The position numbers and the translations under genes are program-made. This document shows positions 18,401 through 27,235 of a stretch of DNA of 64,000 nt, one piece after another. The notes under the pieces were generated by a model. The model had not been told where the DNA came from. It ran no database searches and worked only from the letters and a program-made list of their open reading frames with translations. Source of the DNA: a virus (Duplodnaviria; Caudoviricetes); IMG/VR virus record IMGVR_UViG_3300047160_001275, positions 12,250 through 76,249 of that record. The stretch is one strand, 5' to 3'. Positions within the stretch are counted from its first letter, which is position 1; every line of letters starts with the position of its first letter.

Positions 18401-18565
18401 CTCGGAGATCTCAAGTTCGTGCGGCGACCGATAGAGGGCCTGGACCAACGTGTACGGCAGGTCGACCCCTTGGATCGCCTCCCCCGGCTTGACCCGCACC
18501 TCCAGTCCAAACGAATCGTACACGATTCGCGTCGCTCGGCTATTATTTCGGAGGTCATACAACAT
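15458..18565 (-). CDS. multidomain glycan-modification protein: capsid-protein-like N-terminal domain, GT9-like, GT-A-like, SAM methyltransferase, DUF115/MAF-like
   Basis: GMYGIGDNL and ELTFQSMAALFKQAAIVFCNAGFAPVLAQAVGTPSICVYG (GT9-like); LLVDSASP...NVGH...AHIEGD (GT-A-like); LNLGCG...EHCVEH...RVLAPGG (MTase); AVVVGGG...SSGLFAVAVARQLGYDRIILAG (DUF115-like). Start set at MLYDL. Confidence 0.75.
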   Translation of the reverse strand: MLYDLRNNSRATRIVYDSFGLEVRVKPGEAIQGVDLPYTLVQALYRSPHELEISEHRADMARPGGAVVIDGMYGIGDNLHQRAILRELMKREEVWLHTSHWHVYHDLIGDRLHLIFKDTRLRAQAKTIARERGLFGVVPAAPASAHHIKLWYKKPAIDHYGTILQAMAGAISEQGHPVDHLKPLDFSLPVPGSWRAPAFDTGGKPLLVYRPIVLRREWNSANRNPDPEGYETLYKAAKDGYFVVSIADLQPGEEWIVGPEPEADLKFHGGELTFQSMAALFKQAAIVFCNAGFAPVLAQAVGTPSICVYGGRESYRTTQRAGAHLAPTLGIDPIQPCDCHTERHDCGDKKIDLPPALDRVREFAAQWRTSLPKTTPAAGPTEGAGAAPPPEGGARSRTLIFGTTYVDSADRQKLTVQWLFLHRALNPDCDFLLVDSASPLPIIQPSNGPRCEVFQFGDNVGHLSRKGRDGWGRAFTKGLDLAVERGYEFVAHIEGDSLLRLPVRNLVADMVKWGKPVASIPVSGMERDFAGWVETGLMAFSVDWVKRNQFTQRYDWPHREVRPTPEVVVRGIVGDPNLYMLPIKGWRGDKHQITNANVVALDLDWVTHCHNDVFCYDRFVEAALVGREAVSPLSSSSRVDSRTALIKLNLGCGDNKLPGWENHDSDVDIARPLPWRDNSASYIFIEHCVEHVSCHEAIRFFEEAFRVLAPGGILRVTVPSIEKIMACDDQAYFEFTKKWSGEASAHGAAKAILFSHGHQMAWTVSVMASLLRYAGFSYLCEREVGQSPHPELRGVEGHGKVIGDVFNKIESMAFEAAKPGAARISAELNPRLAAESGTRREQTGNFDGQALTKPIAVVVGGGGDVLHEVEQTRALLDGVQATWFVINDMISEFDGDCVGVTLHPNKAKDWLSARARTRRLPPSQVWAHTKGDRRHPFAGITDVADDWRGSSGLFAVAVARQLGYDRIILAGVPMTKEGGHFKRGPGHWNACDSFRLAWDNRRTALAPFLRSWSGWTREAFGEPDLSFIGLAAKAA

Positions 18566-18599
18566 GGGGATCTTAGGCGGCGATGTTGTCTGATGGGAT

Positions 18600-18785
18600 G
18601 TGTTTCGGTCGTTGGACCATCCTTCGTTTCTCCCACACCATAGCTTTGAGAATTTCCTGTCCGACATGGGGACAAAGCCAAGCCTGAAACACAGCATCGA
18701 CCGTATCGACAACGGCGGCCATTACGAACCATCCAATTGTCGTTGGGCTATGGTGTTGGAGCAAAGACGCAATCGTAGGTCTTAA
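18600..18785 (+). pseudogene. HNH endonuclease C-terminal fragment, antisense to the late operon
   Basis: [35 protein letters not shown]...EQRRNRR. Confidence 0.75.
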
Positions 18786-20473
18786 CCGCGAGGACGGACA
18801 GTCACGTTGCCCGCAACTCGCACGACCGGGCGGCCGTCATCACGCCGCTCAAGTCGTACAGCATCGCGTCCTCTTGTCTTCGCCTTGGCCGACTGCGGCT
18901 GCGACGGCGGCCCCTGGTCGCCATGCAGGCTGGGGTCGGGCTTATAGGCGACGATGGTCTTGTGCGGGATGAAGTCGCCGGTCGGCGAGGCTTGGCCTTC
19001 GTCGCTGAGCGAGCCCCGGTTCTCGCCGTTGATCCACTTGTTCGAGCCGTGCAGGAGGATCAGCGGCTCACCCAAGGCATGCGCCGTCACGCGGGGGTCG
19101 ACCGGCTTGCCGTCGGCGTCGACGAACAGCCGCCGGTTGGCCTCGCTGGCCGGATCGAGGATCTGGCCGGTCCACATCTGGAACTCCGCCATCTCGACCC
19201 GATAGATGTTGTCGACGTATTTAGGCTGGGCCGGGAAGCCCATCGGCTGGTCCTTAGCGGGCACCGACGGGTCGGTCAGCGTGTACTTGGGCAGGACGCC
19301 CGTGTCATAGTAAGCGCCGCCAGGGGTGCGCAGGCGCAGAAGTTGTGCTTGGTCCTGGCCGAGCAGGGTGAAGGCGTCGTCGGTGATGACCGCGTTCAGG
19401 TCGTCGGGATTTCCGGGCCAGTTGCTGTCGAGGTCGTAGCCGGTGAGGTTCTTGTCGTCGAAGGCCATATAGAGGTGCGACGCGGCGTCGACATAGGTCC
19501 AGTTGGGGCCGAATGGCTCACCCAAGATCGTGCCGTGGGTCTGAACCGTCGCGAGGTCTACCGAAACCAGAAGATGGTGCCACTGGTTCGGCGTGACGTT
19601 GATCCCCAGGCTGTAGATCGACCCGGTGGCGTTGAGCACGGTGGAGGAGATGTCGACGTAATTGAACACCGGGTCGACGACCACCGTAGGGCAGTTCGGA
19701 AAATCCACCCAATGGGTGTTGTCGGAGACGGTCCACGCTGGGCCGATCTGCTCGCTCACGAGCCCGAGGCCGGGATAGTGCCACTGCTCAACGCGGGTGC
19801 CGGTGAAGAAGGCGGCGCAAGGATCGTCAGGCGTGCCACCCGTCCCGCCAAAGTACACGCTGACCACGCAGGGAGGGCCGTAGCCGTACTCATAGCCCTG
19901 CGTCATGCTCCTTAGCTCGTACTGGAAACCCTCCACCGTCGCCTTCTGGCCGGTCTCAAAATTGACCCACAATTGCCCACCAGTGTTGACGCCGATGAAA
20001 GTCGGAAAGGTCGGATCGCCCAGACCGGTCGGCTCGGTGTCGTAGACCGTCCACATATCCGGCGGCTCAGTGACCGGCTGCAAATAGGCGCTTGGGTTAT
20101 AGACGTAGGTGCCTTGGGCGATGTTGTTGACCGTATCGACAGCCTCGATGGTGACGGAGTTGTCGACGCCGCAGTTCGCCACCCCCCAAGTGTGGGTAAC
20201 CGAGGCGACGACCTGACTCGGCGTCCCTTGGTAAGGCGTCTGAGCCTCGCCCTCCTTCCCCATCGTCACCAGCGGGATGACTCCCACCATAGGCGGCGGG
20301 TTGGCCGGAAACAGGTTGGCGGCGCTCCAGGCGTTATAGTCCGCATTGACCTGATCGAGCGCCGATTGCGGGATGCGGAACCAGAGCGAGATGATCGCCT
20401 GAGTGAAGTCGGGAATGCCGTCGGGCAGGTTCAGATAGCCCACGGGCTCAGGTGTCCTTGGGGTAGAACTCAA
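18782..20473 (-). CDS. tail-associated protein with a split LamG/concanavalin-like domain
   Basis: ISLWFR...[11 protein letters not shown]...MAEFQMW...RRLF; position in the tail module. Confidence 0.55.
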   Translation of the reverse strand: MSSTPRTPEPVGYLNLPDGIPDFTQAIISLWFRIPQSALDQVNADYNAWSAANLFPANPPPMVGVIPLVTMGKEGEAQTPYQGTPSQVVASVTHTWGVANCGVDNSVTIEAVDTVNNIAQGTYVYNPSAYLQPVTEPPDMWTVYDTEPTGLGDPTFPTFIGVNTGGQLWVNFETGQKATVEGFQYELRSMTQGYEYGYGPPCVVSVYFGGTGGTPDDPCAAFFTGTRVEQWHYPGLGLVSEQIGPAWTVSDNTHWVDFPNCPTVVVDPVFNYVDISSTVLNATGSIYSLGINVTPNQWHHLLVSVDLATVQTHGTILGEPFGPNWTYVDAASHLYMAFDDKNLTGYDLDSNWPGNPDDLNAVITDDAFTLLGQDQAQLLRLRTPGGAYYDTGVLPKYTLTDPSVPAKDQPMGFPAQPKYVDNIYRVEMAEFQMWTGQILDPASEANRRLFVDADGKPVDPRVTAHALGEPLILLHGSNKWINGENRGSLSDEGQASPTGDFIPHKTIVAYKPDPSLHGDQGPPSQPQSAKAKTRGRDAVRLERRDDGRPVVRVAGNVTVRPRG

Positions 20474-21242
20474 CCGCGAGCCCCGTGCTCCACGCCACGT
20501 TGACGATGGTCTGGAGAGGGTCGAGCCTGACCAGGGTCGCGTCGTCAGGCGATTGCTGAAACAGGGCGGCGACCGTCTTGTTGTTGGTCAGGACGTAGGT
20601 CATGTCCTGGCCCCTGTCGCCGGTCAGGACGTCGGCCCCGATCCTGAGCTTGAAGCTCTTGCAGCACTCGACGTCGACCTTCTGGCTTGAGTCCTGCTTG
20701 CCGCTCTGGAGCGCCGTCTGGTAATCGTCCCAATTGACCGGCCCCTGCGTCATATCCAGGCCGCCTTGGGAAGGATCGCCGCCGAGGTCGTTGTTGACCA
20801 CCCGGATCGGCGACACCTCGCGCACCTGCGACGGGTCCATCGTCTGGTCGCCGGGATCGCCGTCCTTCGGCACATTGTCGAAGGTGTAGGCGCGGACGAC
20901 ATGGGTGGCCGGGCCGCCCTTCTTGCTCGGGTCGTCGTCGCGATGGTCGATCTTCAGCTTGTCGACGATCCAGACCTGAACAAACTGGCTCTTGTCGTCG
21001 GGGTTGTAGACCTTGCGCTCGTCGGTCTTGCGCACCGGATTCTCTTGCCCGGTGTCGTCCTGAGCCTCGTCCTTCCATTGCTGGACGTAGAGCGTGTCCT
21101 GCGCCGTGGCGCCGCTCGGCTGGCCGCGATACTGGAACGCCCATTGGTCGATCCGCAGGATGTCGAGCCAGACGTCCTTGTCGGCGACGTTGCCCTGGTC
21201 GTCGGTCTGGTAGATCCGCTTCACATGGGCCTTGCGCACCAT
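20448..21242 (-). CDS. hypothetical tail-module protein
   Basis: MVRKAHVKRIY..., 264 aa, coupled to its neighbours. Confidence 0.6.
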   Translation of the reverse strand: MVRKAHVKRIYQTDDQGNVADKDVWLDILRIDQWAFQYRGQPSGATAQDTLYVQQWKDEAQDDTGQENPVRKTDERKVYNPDDKSQFVQVWIVDKLKIDHRDDDPSKKGGPATHVVRAYTFDNVPKDGDPGDQTMDPSQVREVSPIRVVNNDLGGDPSQGGLDMTQGPVNWDDYQTALQSGKQDSSQKVDVECCKSFKLRIGADVLTGDRGQDMTYVLTNNKTVAALFQQSPDDATLVRLDPLQTIVNVAWSTGLAVEFYPKDT

Positions 21243-21253
21243 GTCCACGGGGG

Positions 21254-22012
21254 TCAGATCCCCACCGCCAGCGCAGCCCCACGCGCGCGGATGGTCATGG
21301 CGACGGCGCTGGCCTGCCCGTTCGCTAGCCCTGCCGCCGTCGCCGGGGAGATCGCCGCCGCATTGGCCGCGCCGCCCGCCATACCCGCGCCCGCGAAGGT
21401 GTAGATCCCGCTCGGCCCGGCCGAGAAGCCGCCGGGCACGGAATAGGCGAAGGCCGTCGCGCCGAAGTTCGCCGTCTCGGTGGTCGGCGACGAGGAGGCG
21501 TTCTGGAAAGCCAGACCGGCAAAGGCGACGTTGGTCGGAAATAAGGCTGAAATGCTGATGCCGCCCGTGTTGGTCGCCGGGTTGGCGGTCGAGGAGGCGT
21601 TCCAAAGCTCGTTGTTGGTGCGGAACCAGATCGTCGAGTCGGTGAGGTCGACCGCGACGCAGCGAGTGGCGATATAGACGCCGCCGCTGGGATAGGCGGT
21701 GAGATTGGAAATCGCGACCCCGGTCGACGTCCCGTTGACCCAGATCCCGCCATTGGCGTACACGGTGGCGCTGCCCAGCGCGCTGGCCAGCGGCGAGCCG
21801 ATCAGCGACGCGGTCATGGCATAGACGCCGCATCCAGTGACAGAGCCCGCGCCGCCCCAACTGAACGCGACCTCGAAATAGAACTTGCCCGACGACTGCC
21901 CTTGGGTCGACCGCACCGCCGTCGACCCGTCGGTGGTCGCGCCAGCGGTCAGGTTGCCGTTCGAGAGGACAACGCCGGGGGCGGCGTCGTTCGGATTGAG
22001 GGCGGTCGTCAT
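21254..22012 (-). CDS. SPRY-like beta-sandwich virion protein
   Basis: LNPNDAAPGVVLSNGNLTA...SSGKFYFEV...ANFGATAFAYSVPGGF; paralogue of the N-terminus of 37155..38954. Confidence 0.6.
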   Translation of the reverse strand: MTTALNPNDAAPGVVLSNGNLTAGATTDGSTAVRSTQGQSSGKFYFEVAFSWGGAGSVTGCGVYAMTASLIGSPLASALGSATVYANGGIWVNGTSTGVAISNLTAYPSGGVYIATRCVAVDLTDSTIWFRTNNELWNASSTANPATNTGGISISALFPTNVAFAGLAFQNASSSPTTETANFGATAFAYSVPGGFSAGPSGIYTFAGAGMAGGAANAAAISPATAAGLANGQASAVAMTIRARGAALAVGI

Positions 22013-22449
22013 CAGCCTTCGGTGATGGTGGTGCCGGTGGTCAGTTGCGGCGGCGTGCCGACGGTGATGACGATGTTCGGCGTGATCGGCCCGCGATAGA
22101 GGATCATGCTGGCCCCGCTCGCCGCCACCCCGAGCGAGAAGTAGACCAGTGTCTGCCCCGCCCCACTGGTCGGCGCGGGGAAGTTAACCGCCGCCGCCAG
22201 GGTGACCGAGGCCCCGGAGACGGTGAACCCCGCCGTCGACCGCGCCACCGCCGTTCGCGCATAGCCGCCGTAGGTCGCCTCGCTGGCCGTCTGGTCGCCG
22301 CCGACGCCAGGATCGGCGGTGTGCAGCGCCAATTGATAGCTGGTCAGCGGGCTCGCCGTGACGTTCTGGGCAATCCCCGCGATCGTAGTGCCGTTAAAGA
22401 TGAGGAGAAGCAGCGCATTGTCAAAAGCGTTCGCCTTGCCGCCAGCCAT
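22012..22449 (-). CDS. virion structural protein (tail-fibre-associated)
   Basis: LALHTADPG...EATYGGYARTAV...FPAPT pattern common in phage structural genes. Confidence 0.6.
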   Translation of the reverse strand: MAGGKANAFDNALLLLIFNGTTIAGIAQNVTASPLTSYQLALHTADPGVGGDQTASEATYGGYARTAVARSTAGFTVSGASVTLAAAVNFPAPTSGAGQTLVYFSLGVAASGASMILYRGPITPNIVITVGTPPQLTTGTTITEG

Positions 22450-22458
22450 GATGGTCCC

Positions 22459-23478
22459 CTAAGCGTAAGCCTGTCCTACGCTATTGCCATAGACGGTGGC
22501 GCCGTTGTTGAAGCTGAGGAGGACAACGACGTCCTTGCCATTGGGCGTCAGCACCGGCTTCAGGCCGCCGGGAAAGAGTACGCCAGCCCCGCTCCAATCC
22601 CAGGTGTAGCCGCTGGTGTTGACGATCTCCAGCACCAAGCGGGCGGCCTGCGCCCCGGTCGGCCAGCCGGTAATGGGATTGGTGGTGACGTTGCCGGTGA
22701 CCGAGAACCGCTGCCACTCGCCGTTGGCCCGGCTGATGGTGACCGCGCCGTTGGCGGCGATCGGCGCGGCGCACGGCAGATCGACCGCCGACACGTTGGC
22801 CCATTTGGTCCCGTTAAAGACCAGCGGCTGGCCGACTGCGGGCGAGGAGACGAGGACGTCGGTGAGCGAGGCGAGCGTGCCCCCGCCGCCGCTGGAGACG
22901 ATGACCCCGTTGGTCCAGTTGGCGCCGGCCCACATGAGGACGTCGCCGGTCACTAGAGGCGAGGCGATCGAGACGTCGGTGAGATCTTCCAGATCTGGCT
23001 GGCCCCAAGTGGTCGAATAATCGACCGCAGACGCCTTCATCAGGAACGAGCCGACGGGGCCGCCTGGCGGCAAAGCGACCGACGGCTGGTTGAGGATCAT
23101 CTGATAATAATTGTGGCCCGCGCCATCGTTCGCGCCTGGATCGAAGGCCGCCGCCGAGGTGTGGTTGACCAAAACCACATAGGCCGCGCCGTTCTCACTC
23201 ACCACGTCATTGGCGAGGTAGGAGGTGTTCGGCGCCCACGCGCCCCGGAAGTTCAGGGTCGCGACCGGCAGTTCGTAGGGGCCGAGCAGGGTGTGATCCG
23301 ACAGCGCCACATACATCAGGTTGCCAGTCACCGTGATGTTGGCGATCCCGACCCCTTGCACGGCCTTGGCGGCGATGTCGCCCTGCGCCTGCCAGAAGTT
23401 CCCGTCCACCTCGGCGGCGGTCAGGTTCGCGCCCTTGCCTGGCCCCCACGCGCCTGGGGTGCGGTAAATGTAAGCCAT
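22459..23478 (-). CDS. tail fibre-like protein
   Basis: KGANLTAAEVDGNF N-terminus, FRGAWAPNTSYLANDVV carbohydrate-binding-like motif, LEDLTDV/LASLTDV repeats. Confidence 0.65.
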   Translation of the reverse strand: MAYIYRTPGAWGPGKGANLTAAEVDGNFWQAQGDIAAKAVQGVGIANITVTGNLMYVALSDHTLLGPYELPVATLNFRGAWAPNTSYLANDVVSENGAAYVVLVNHTSAAAFDPGANDGAGHNYYQMILNQPSVALPPGGPVGSFLMKASAVDYSTTWGQPDLEDLTDVSIASPLVTGDVLMWAGANWTNGVIVSSGGGGTLASLTDVLVSSPAVGQPLVFNGTKWANVSAVDLPCAAPIAANGAVTISRANGEWQRFSVTGNVTTNPITGWPTGAQAARLVLEIVNTSGYTWDWSGAGVLFPGGLKPVLTPNGKDVVVLLSFNNGATVYGNSVGQAYA

Positions 23479-23484
23479 CGAGGT

Positions 23485-23718
23485 TCAGCCCGCCGACGTC
23501 GCCAGTTCCACCGCCGACATGTCCATGTACGACGTGATGGTGAGCGAGGCCGAGCCGCCGCTGACCTGAAGCGGCGGCAACTGTCCCGACGAGGTGCCGC
23601 CGAACCCAGGCTTGACGATCACCGGCTCGTTGGTGGCAAGGTTGAAAGCGTTGAGCACGGTCTGGGCGAGCGTGTTCTGCGGCAATTGGTAGGGCCTGAC
23701 ATTGTCTTCCCACGCCAT
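23485..23718 (-). CDS. hypothetical tail-module protein
   Basis: 77-aa ORF in the operon. Confidence 0.55.
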   Translation of the reverse strand: MAWEDNVRPYQLPQNTLAQTVLNAFNLATNEPVIVKPGFGGTSSGQLPPLQVSGGSASLTITSYMDMSAVELATSAG

Positions 23719-23721
23719 TGG

Positions 23722-26700
23722 CTATCCTCCTGTGGACGGGGCCGAAAGGTCGATGGTCTTAGGGATCTGAAGATCGGTGGTGGTCACCACATAGGCCGCG
23801 CCGAACGGCCCGTTGGTCAGGGGCTTCATCACGAGTTCGTACCACAAGCCATGGCCTTGCTGAAGTTGCTTGATCACCGCCTGCTCGACCGCGTTGGCGA
23901 TTGCACCCCAGTCGGTCTGCGGGACCGAGATGCTCTCCGACGCCGTGCCGCCGATCGCCGAGACCGGCCCGCTATAGGTCGAATGGGCCGCCGCGACCGC
24001 CTGCTTCACCGTGGTGTTGATGATCTCGTTATAGGCGTCGACGTTCAAGCTATCGAGGGTCGAAGCGGTTCCGTGCCAGGCGCTGATCAAGATCAGATCG
24101 TTGGGCGAAGCCGGAAAGGTCAGCCCGTCGTCGGTGACCTGCTCGACCGGCGGCGCATAGCCCATCGCCCCTGGCGGCTCCTGAAGCGGCGGCGGGATCG
24201 GATCGGAGACATAGCCGCCGCTGACTGGGGGCGCTGGCCACCCCGATGGCGGCCCATTGCCAGGAGGCGCCCCCCCGGCCGGGATTGCGCCCTGCCCTGC
24301 GGGCGGCGTTGGAGCCACAGCGGCTATTGCGCCGTCATAGACCTGATAGTCGAGCACATAGCCGTCGACCACGTATTCCGGCACGCCCTCGACCGCAGGG
24401 CTCGACGGCGAGGACAGCGTCATGGCCGAGGGAACCCCCGGCGCATATTGGCCGATCGAGCAGCCGAGGGTGACGTTGGCGGAAACGCGGCCGGTATCGC
24501 CGTCAGCGATCAGCTTGTAGGCAATCACCTTGCCATAAGCCTGAGCGCCCGGCAGTCGAGCGTCGGCGATGCCCGCGCTCATCCGGCAGCTAAGCTGCGC
24601 CGCCTGCTCGAACCGCGTGTCGAACGAGATCTGCACCGCCCGTGCGCGTTTGCGCAGATGCGCCCGCGCCCGCATCATCATGTGCTGGAGCGATTGCTGG
24701 CCACGGTCGGACGGGAAGTAGGATCGGGCTGGCGTCATCCCAGGCCAGCCGCCGATCGGCACCGTCACCAGCCCGATGTTCTGCCAAACGACCGTCCCGT
24801 CCGTCGTCTGCGAGCCGTAGTTCTCGTTGAAGGTGGTGCGGAACAGGCCCGTCTGCCCGCTCTTCACGCACACGTACAGGAACATGCCCGACGGATTGAT
24901 AAAGGTCTGCATCACCGCCTGGGCGCTCGCCGTGCTCGTCCCCGCTAAGCCGAGAGACGACGGCGTGGTGCCGCTCAAACCGCCGATGAACCCTGCTTGC
25001 GTCACTTCGTACATGGCCGCGCCTGGGCCGCCAGCGCCGTCGGTCAAGACCTCGAACGTGGTCACGGCGGTCCCGCTCGGCGGATAGTTGAGCGAGCCGG
25101 GCTTGAGCATCGAGTTCATATCCGCCACCCCGGAGAGCGGCTTCGGCAGCACCATCGCGCCCAGCGGCACATTGGCGCTTCTCACCCAGTCCTGCACCTG
25201 CTCGACCGGCTGGCTCGCGCCGAGCGAGGTCCAAACGACCGTGCCGTCCGCCGTGGTCGCGCCAGAGACATTGGAGAACAGAGGCTCGACCAGTCCCGTT
25301 GTTCCCGCTGTAGTGCAGATCTGGCTTGAGGTCTGGCCGGGCGCCAGCGGATTGTCGGGGAAGACCATGGTCCCCAGGCTGACCGGCTGCCCCGCCACGC
25401 TCGACCAGTTGAGCAGATTGGCCACTGGCATCGACAGGTCGCCGGTCTTCAGCGTGATCTGCTCGGTGTCTTCGGTGACCAGCGGATCGATCAGGATCGG
25501 CTGGACGTCGGCCTTGAGGGTGAACTCCAGTTGCTCATTGCGCTTGCGGTTGGGCTCGTAGACGAGGGAGAGCGTGGCGACCGACTGCTTGCCCAGGAAG
25601 TCCAGGGCGTAGGTCCGCCAAGTGACGAAATGGGACTCCTCATGCAGCGGCTGGTTGGTCGGATCGGGATTTCCGCCCGCATCGACCGTATACGGGTTGA
25701 TGATGCCGGGGACCGACACCGAATAGGTGACGACCATGTTGCTGTTCGGCGGCAGCGAAGTGTAGTCGGACACGATCGACATCGTGTCCCCTTGCTCATG
25801 GTGTTTGGCGGTGTTGCGCCACTCGTAGTGGACTGTCGGCGCGCCTCCAGCCATCTGCGCCAGCATCGACGCCGCTATGCTGGGGTCTCGTTCTCCTGCC
25901 CACGAGATCGCCGCCGAATAGCCGCCGCCAAGCCCAGACCCGCTCTTCGGCCAGTCGCCGACAAAGCTGTCGCCGCCGAGCGTCGGATAGGACCATGAGC
26001 CGACGTTGAAGAAGCCACGATAGCGTTGCTCCCAGGTCACCTCGGCCTTGACGTTGACCGCGACCAGCGGGCTTTGCAGGAGCCGCATCTGGACGCTGTC
26101 GTAGAAGACATCCTGGGTATGGAAGGAAACGACCGCGTCCTCGCCCAGCAAAATGTCGGAGACGCTGACCTGATTTGTGATCCGGTCGACATGATAGAGG
26201 GCCGACCAGCCCTCAAGGATGGCGTCGGGATCGTCGCGCTTGGACGGCTCGAAGAAGATCGGATCATATTCCGGCAGGATCTTCAGCGACTCGGCGACTT
26301 GCTGCTTCTGATAGATGTAGTTCGGCGCGCGGGCGATGAACTGCATCTCCACCACATTGGCCAGGATCGAGGTCGGGATGCCGACCAAGCGGCCGAAGAA
26401 CAATGGCTGCGCCGGTCCCGCGTCGCGGGCGTAAGAGAGCCAGAACCAATAGTTGCGGGACGGATTGATCAGGCCGACACGCGGGTTCTTGACCTGAAGG
26501 GTGAGCTTGGGGATTTGCCCTTCGTCGTGCTCGATGGTGAATGAGAAGACGTTCTCGTCGAACCGCGCGTATGACTGGCTCCAGGCGGTCGCGGTCTGTG
26601 GCTCCCATGCGGTGTAGAAGGTGAGCCCGGCGGTCGACCCTGGCGCGATCCACGCCATAACCTTGATGGCGTCTTGCGCCTGCGCCCGCTCGGCCACGGC

Positions 26701-27231
26701 GACTTTGGTGTGAACGACGACCGAGAGGTGGTCGGACGCATTCGCCGCGTGTTCCACCACCACAAAGGCTTTGTAGGCGAAGATCGTTGGATGATCGGCC
26801 GCATGGGACGCCTCAACGACGGCGACATGGCGAACGATCGCGCTGTTCAAATGATCGGCGGCGGATGCGGCGTCGGTCTGGGTGAACGTCCAGCGGGTGG
26901 GAGAGGCCGGATGGTCCTGCGCCGTAGCACGCTCTACGACAGACAGAAGGGCGCGAACGGTGACGCCGACGATATCAGCAGCGGACGCCGACTCATTCAG
27001 CGACTGGCGCGGGATATAGACGCCGATGCTGTCGACGGCGGTCGCTCTCTCGGTGAGGCTGACCGACCAATGGGCGGGGACGTGGGCGTCGAGCGTGTCG
27101 ACGGCATGCGCCGTCTCGACGATCGCCGATGACGGGATGACGACGGCGTCGACGGCATGCGCCGTCTCGACGATCGATACGGAGACGGGCGGAGGCGGGG
27201 CGACGCCGAGTCCTGGCAGGAACCCCGTCAT
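23722..27231 (-). CDS. large tail-tip / central fibre protein
   Basis: 1169 aa after the distal-tail-like gene; N-terminal ExAxAxD repeats; internal TxDGTVVW modules. Confidence 0.7.
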   Translation of the reverse strand: MTGFLPGLGVAPPPPVSVSIVETAHAVDAVVIPSSAIVETAHAVDTLDAHVPAHWSVSLTERATAVDSIGVYIPRQSLNESASAADIVGVTVRALLSVVERATAQDHPASPTRWTFTQTDAASAADHLNSAIVRHVAVVEASHAADHPTIFAYKAFVVVEHAANASDHLSVVVHTKVAVAERAQAQDAIKVMAWIAPGSTAGLTFYTAWEPQTATAWSQSYARFDENVFSFTIEHDEGQIPKLTLQVKNPRVGLINPSRNYWFWLSYARDAGPAQPLFFGRLVGIPTSILANVVEMQFIARAPNYIYQKQQVAESLKILPEYDPIFFEPSKRDDPDAILEGWSALYHVDRITNQVSVSDILLGEDAVVSFHTQDVFYDSVQMRLLQSPLVAVNVKAEVTWEQRYRGFFNVGSWSYPTLGGDSFVGDWPKSGSGLGGGYSAAISWAGERDPSIAASMLAQMAGGAPTVHYEWRNTAKHHEQGDTMSIVSDYTSLPPNSNMVVTYSVSVPGIINPYTVDAGGNPDPTNQPLHEESHFVTWRTYALDFLGKQSVATLSLVYEPNRKRNEQLEFTLKADVQPILIDPLVTEDTEQITLKTGDLSMPVANLLNWSSVAGQPVSLGTMVFPDNPLAPGQTSSQICTTAGTTGLVEPLFSNVSGATTADGTVVWTSLGASQPVEQVQDWVRSANVPLGAMVLPKPLSGVADMNSMLKPGSLNYPPSGTAVTTFEVLTDGAGGPGAAMYEVTQAGFIGGLSGTTPSSLGLAGTSTASAQAVMQTFINPSGMFLYVCVKSGQTGLFRTTFNENYGSQTTDGTVVWQNIGLVTVPIGGWPGMTPARSYFPSDRGQQSLQHMMMRARAHLRKRARAVQISFDTRFEQAAQLSCRMSAGIADARLPGAQAYGKVIAYKLIADGDTGRVSANVTLGCSIGQYAPGVPSAMTLSSPSSPAVEGVPEYVVDGYVLDYQVYDGAIAAVAPTPPAGQGAIPAGGAPPGNGPPSGWPAPPVSGGYVSDPIPPPLQEPPGAMGYAPPVEQVTDDGLTFPASPNDLILISAWHGTASTLDSLNVDAYNEIINTTVKQAVAAAHSTYSGPVSAIGGTASESISVPQTDWGAIANAVEQAVIKQLQQGHGLWYELVMKPLTNGPFGAAYVVTTTDLQIPKTIDLSAPSTGG
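27097..27176. repeat. two exact 29-bp direct repeats (27097-27125, 27148-27176), in frame
   Basis: GTCGACGGCATGCGCCGTCTCGACGATCG twice at 51-bp spacing; encodes the (S)IVETAHAVD repeat. Confidence 0.9.
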
Positions 27232-27235
27232 GGGC

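Noticed and set aside
12263-18565. DNA hypermodification as the role of the sugar cluster
   Set aside because: No hydroxymethylase, TET/JBP, nucleotide kinase or base-modification partner was seen, and the cluster is in the late operon rather than with replication genes. Not excluded for genes outside the window.
18566-18712. N-terminal extension of the glycosyltransferase in the ORF track
   Set aside because: It reads through the antisense strand of the HNH fragment and has no domain-like character.
23113-24948. Long plus-strand ORF (also 45411..47048, 52316..54094, 58339..59586, 18923..19915)
   Set aside because: Antisense shadows of well-supported high-GC minus-strand genes; Arg/Gly-rich with no motifs.
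27097-27176. Palindromic 29-bp direct repeats with a 22-bp spacer resembling a mini CRISPR array
   Set aside because: Only two copies, in frame within the tail gene, encoding a 17-aa protein repeat; no cas genes.
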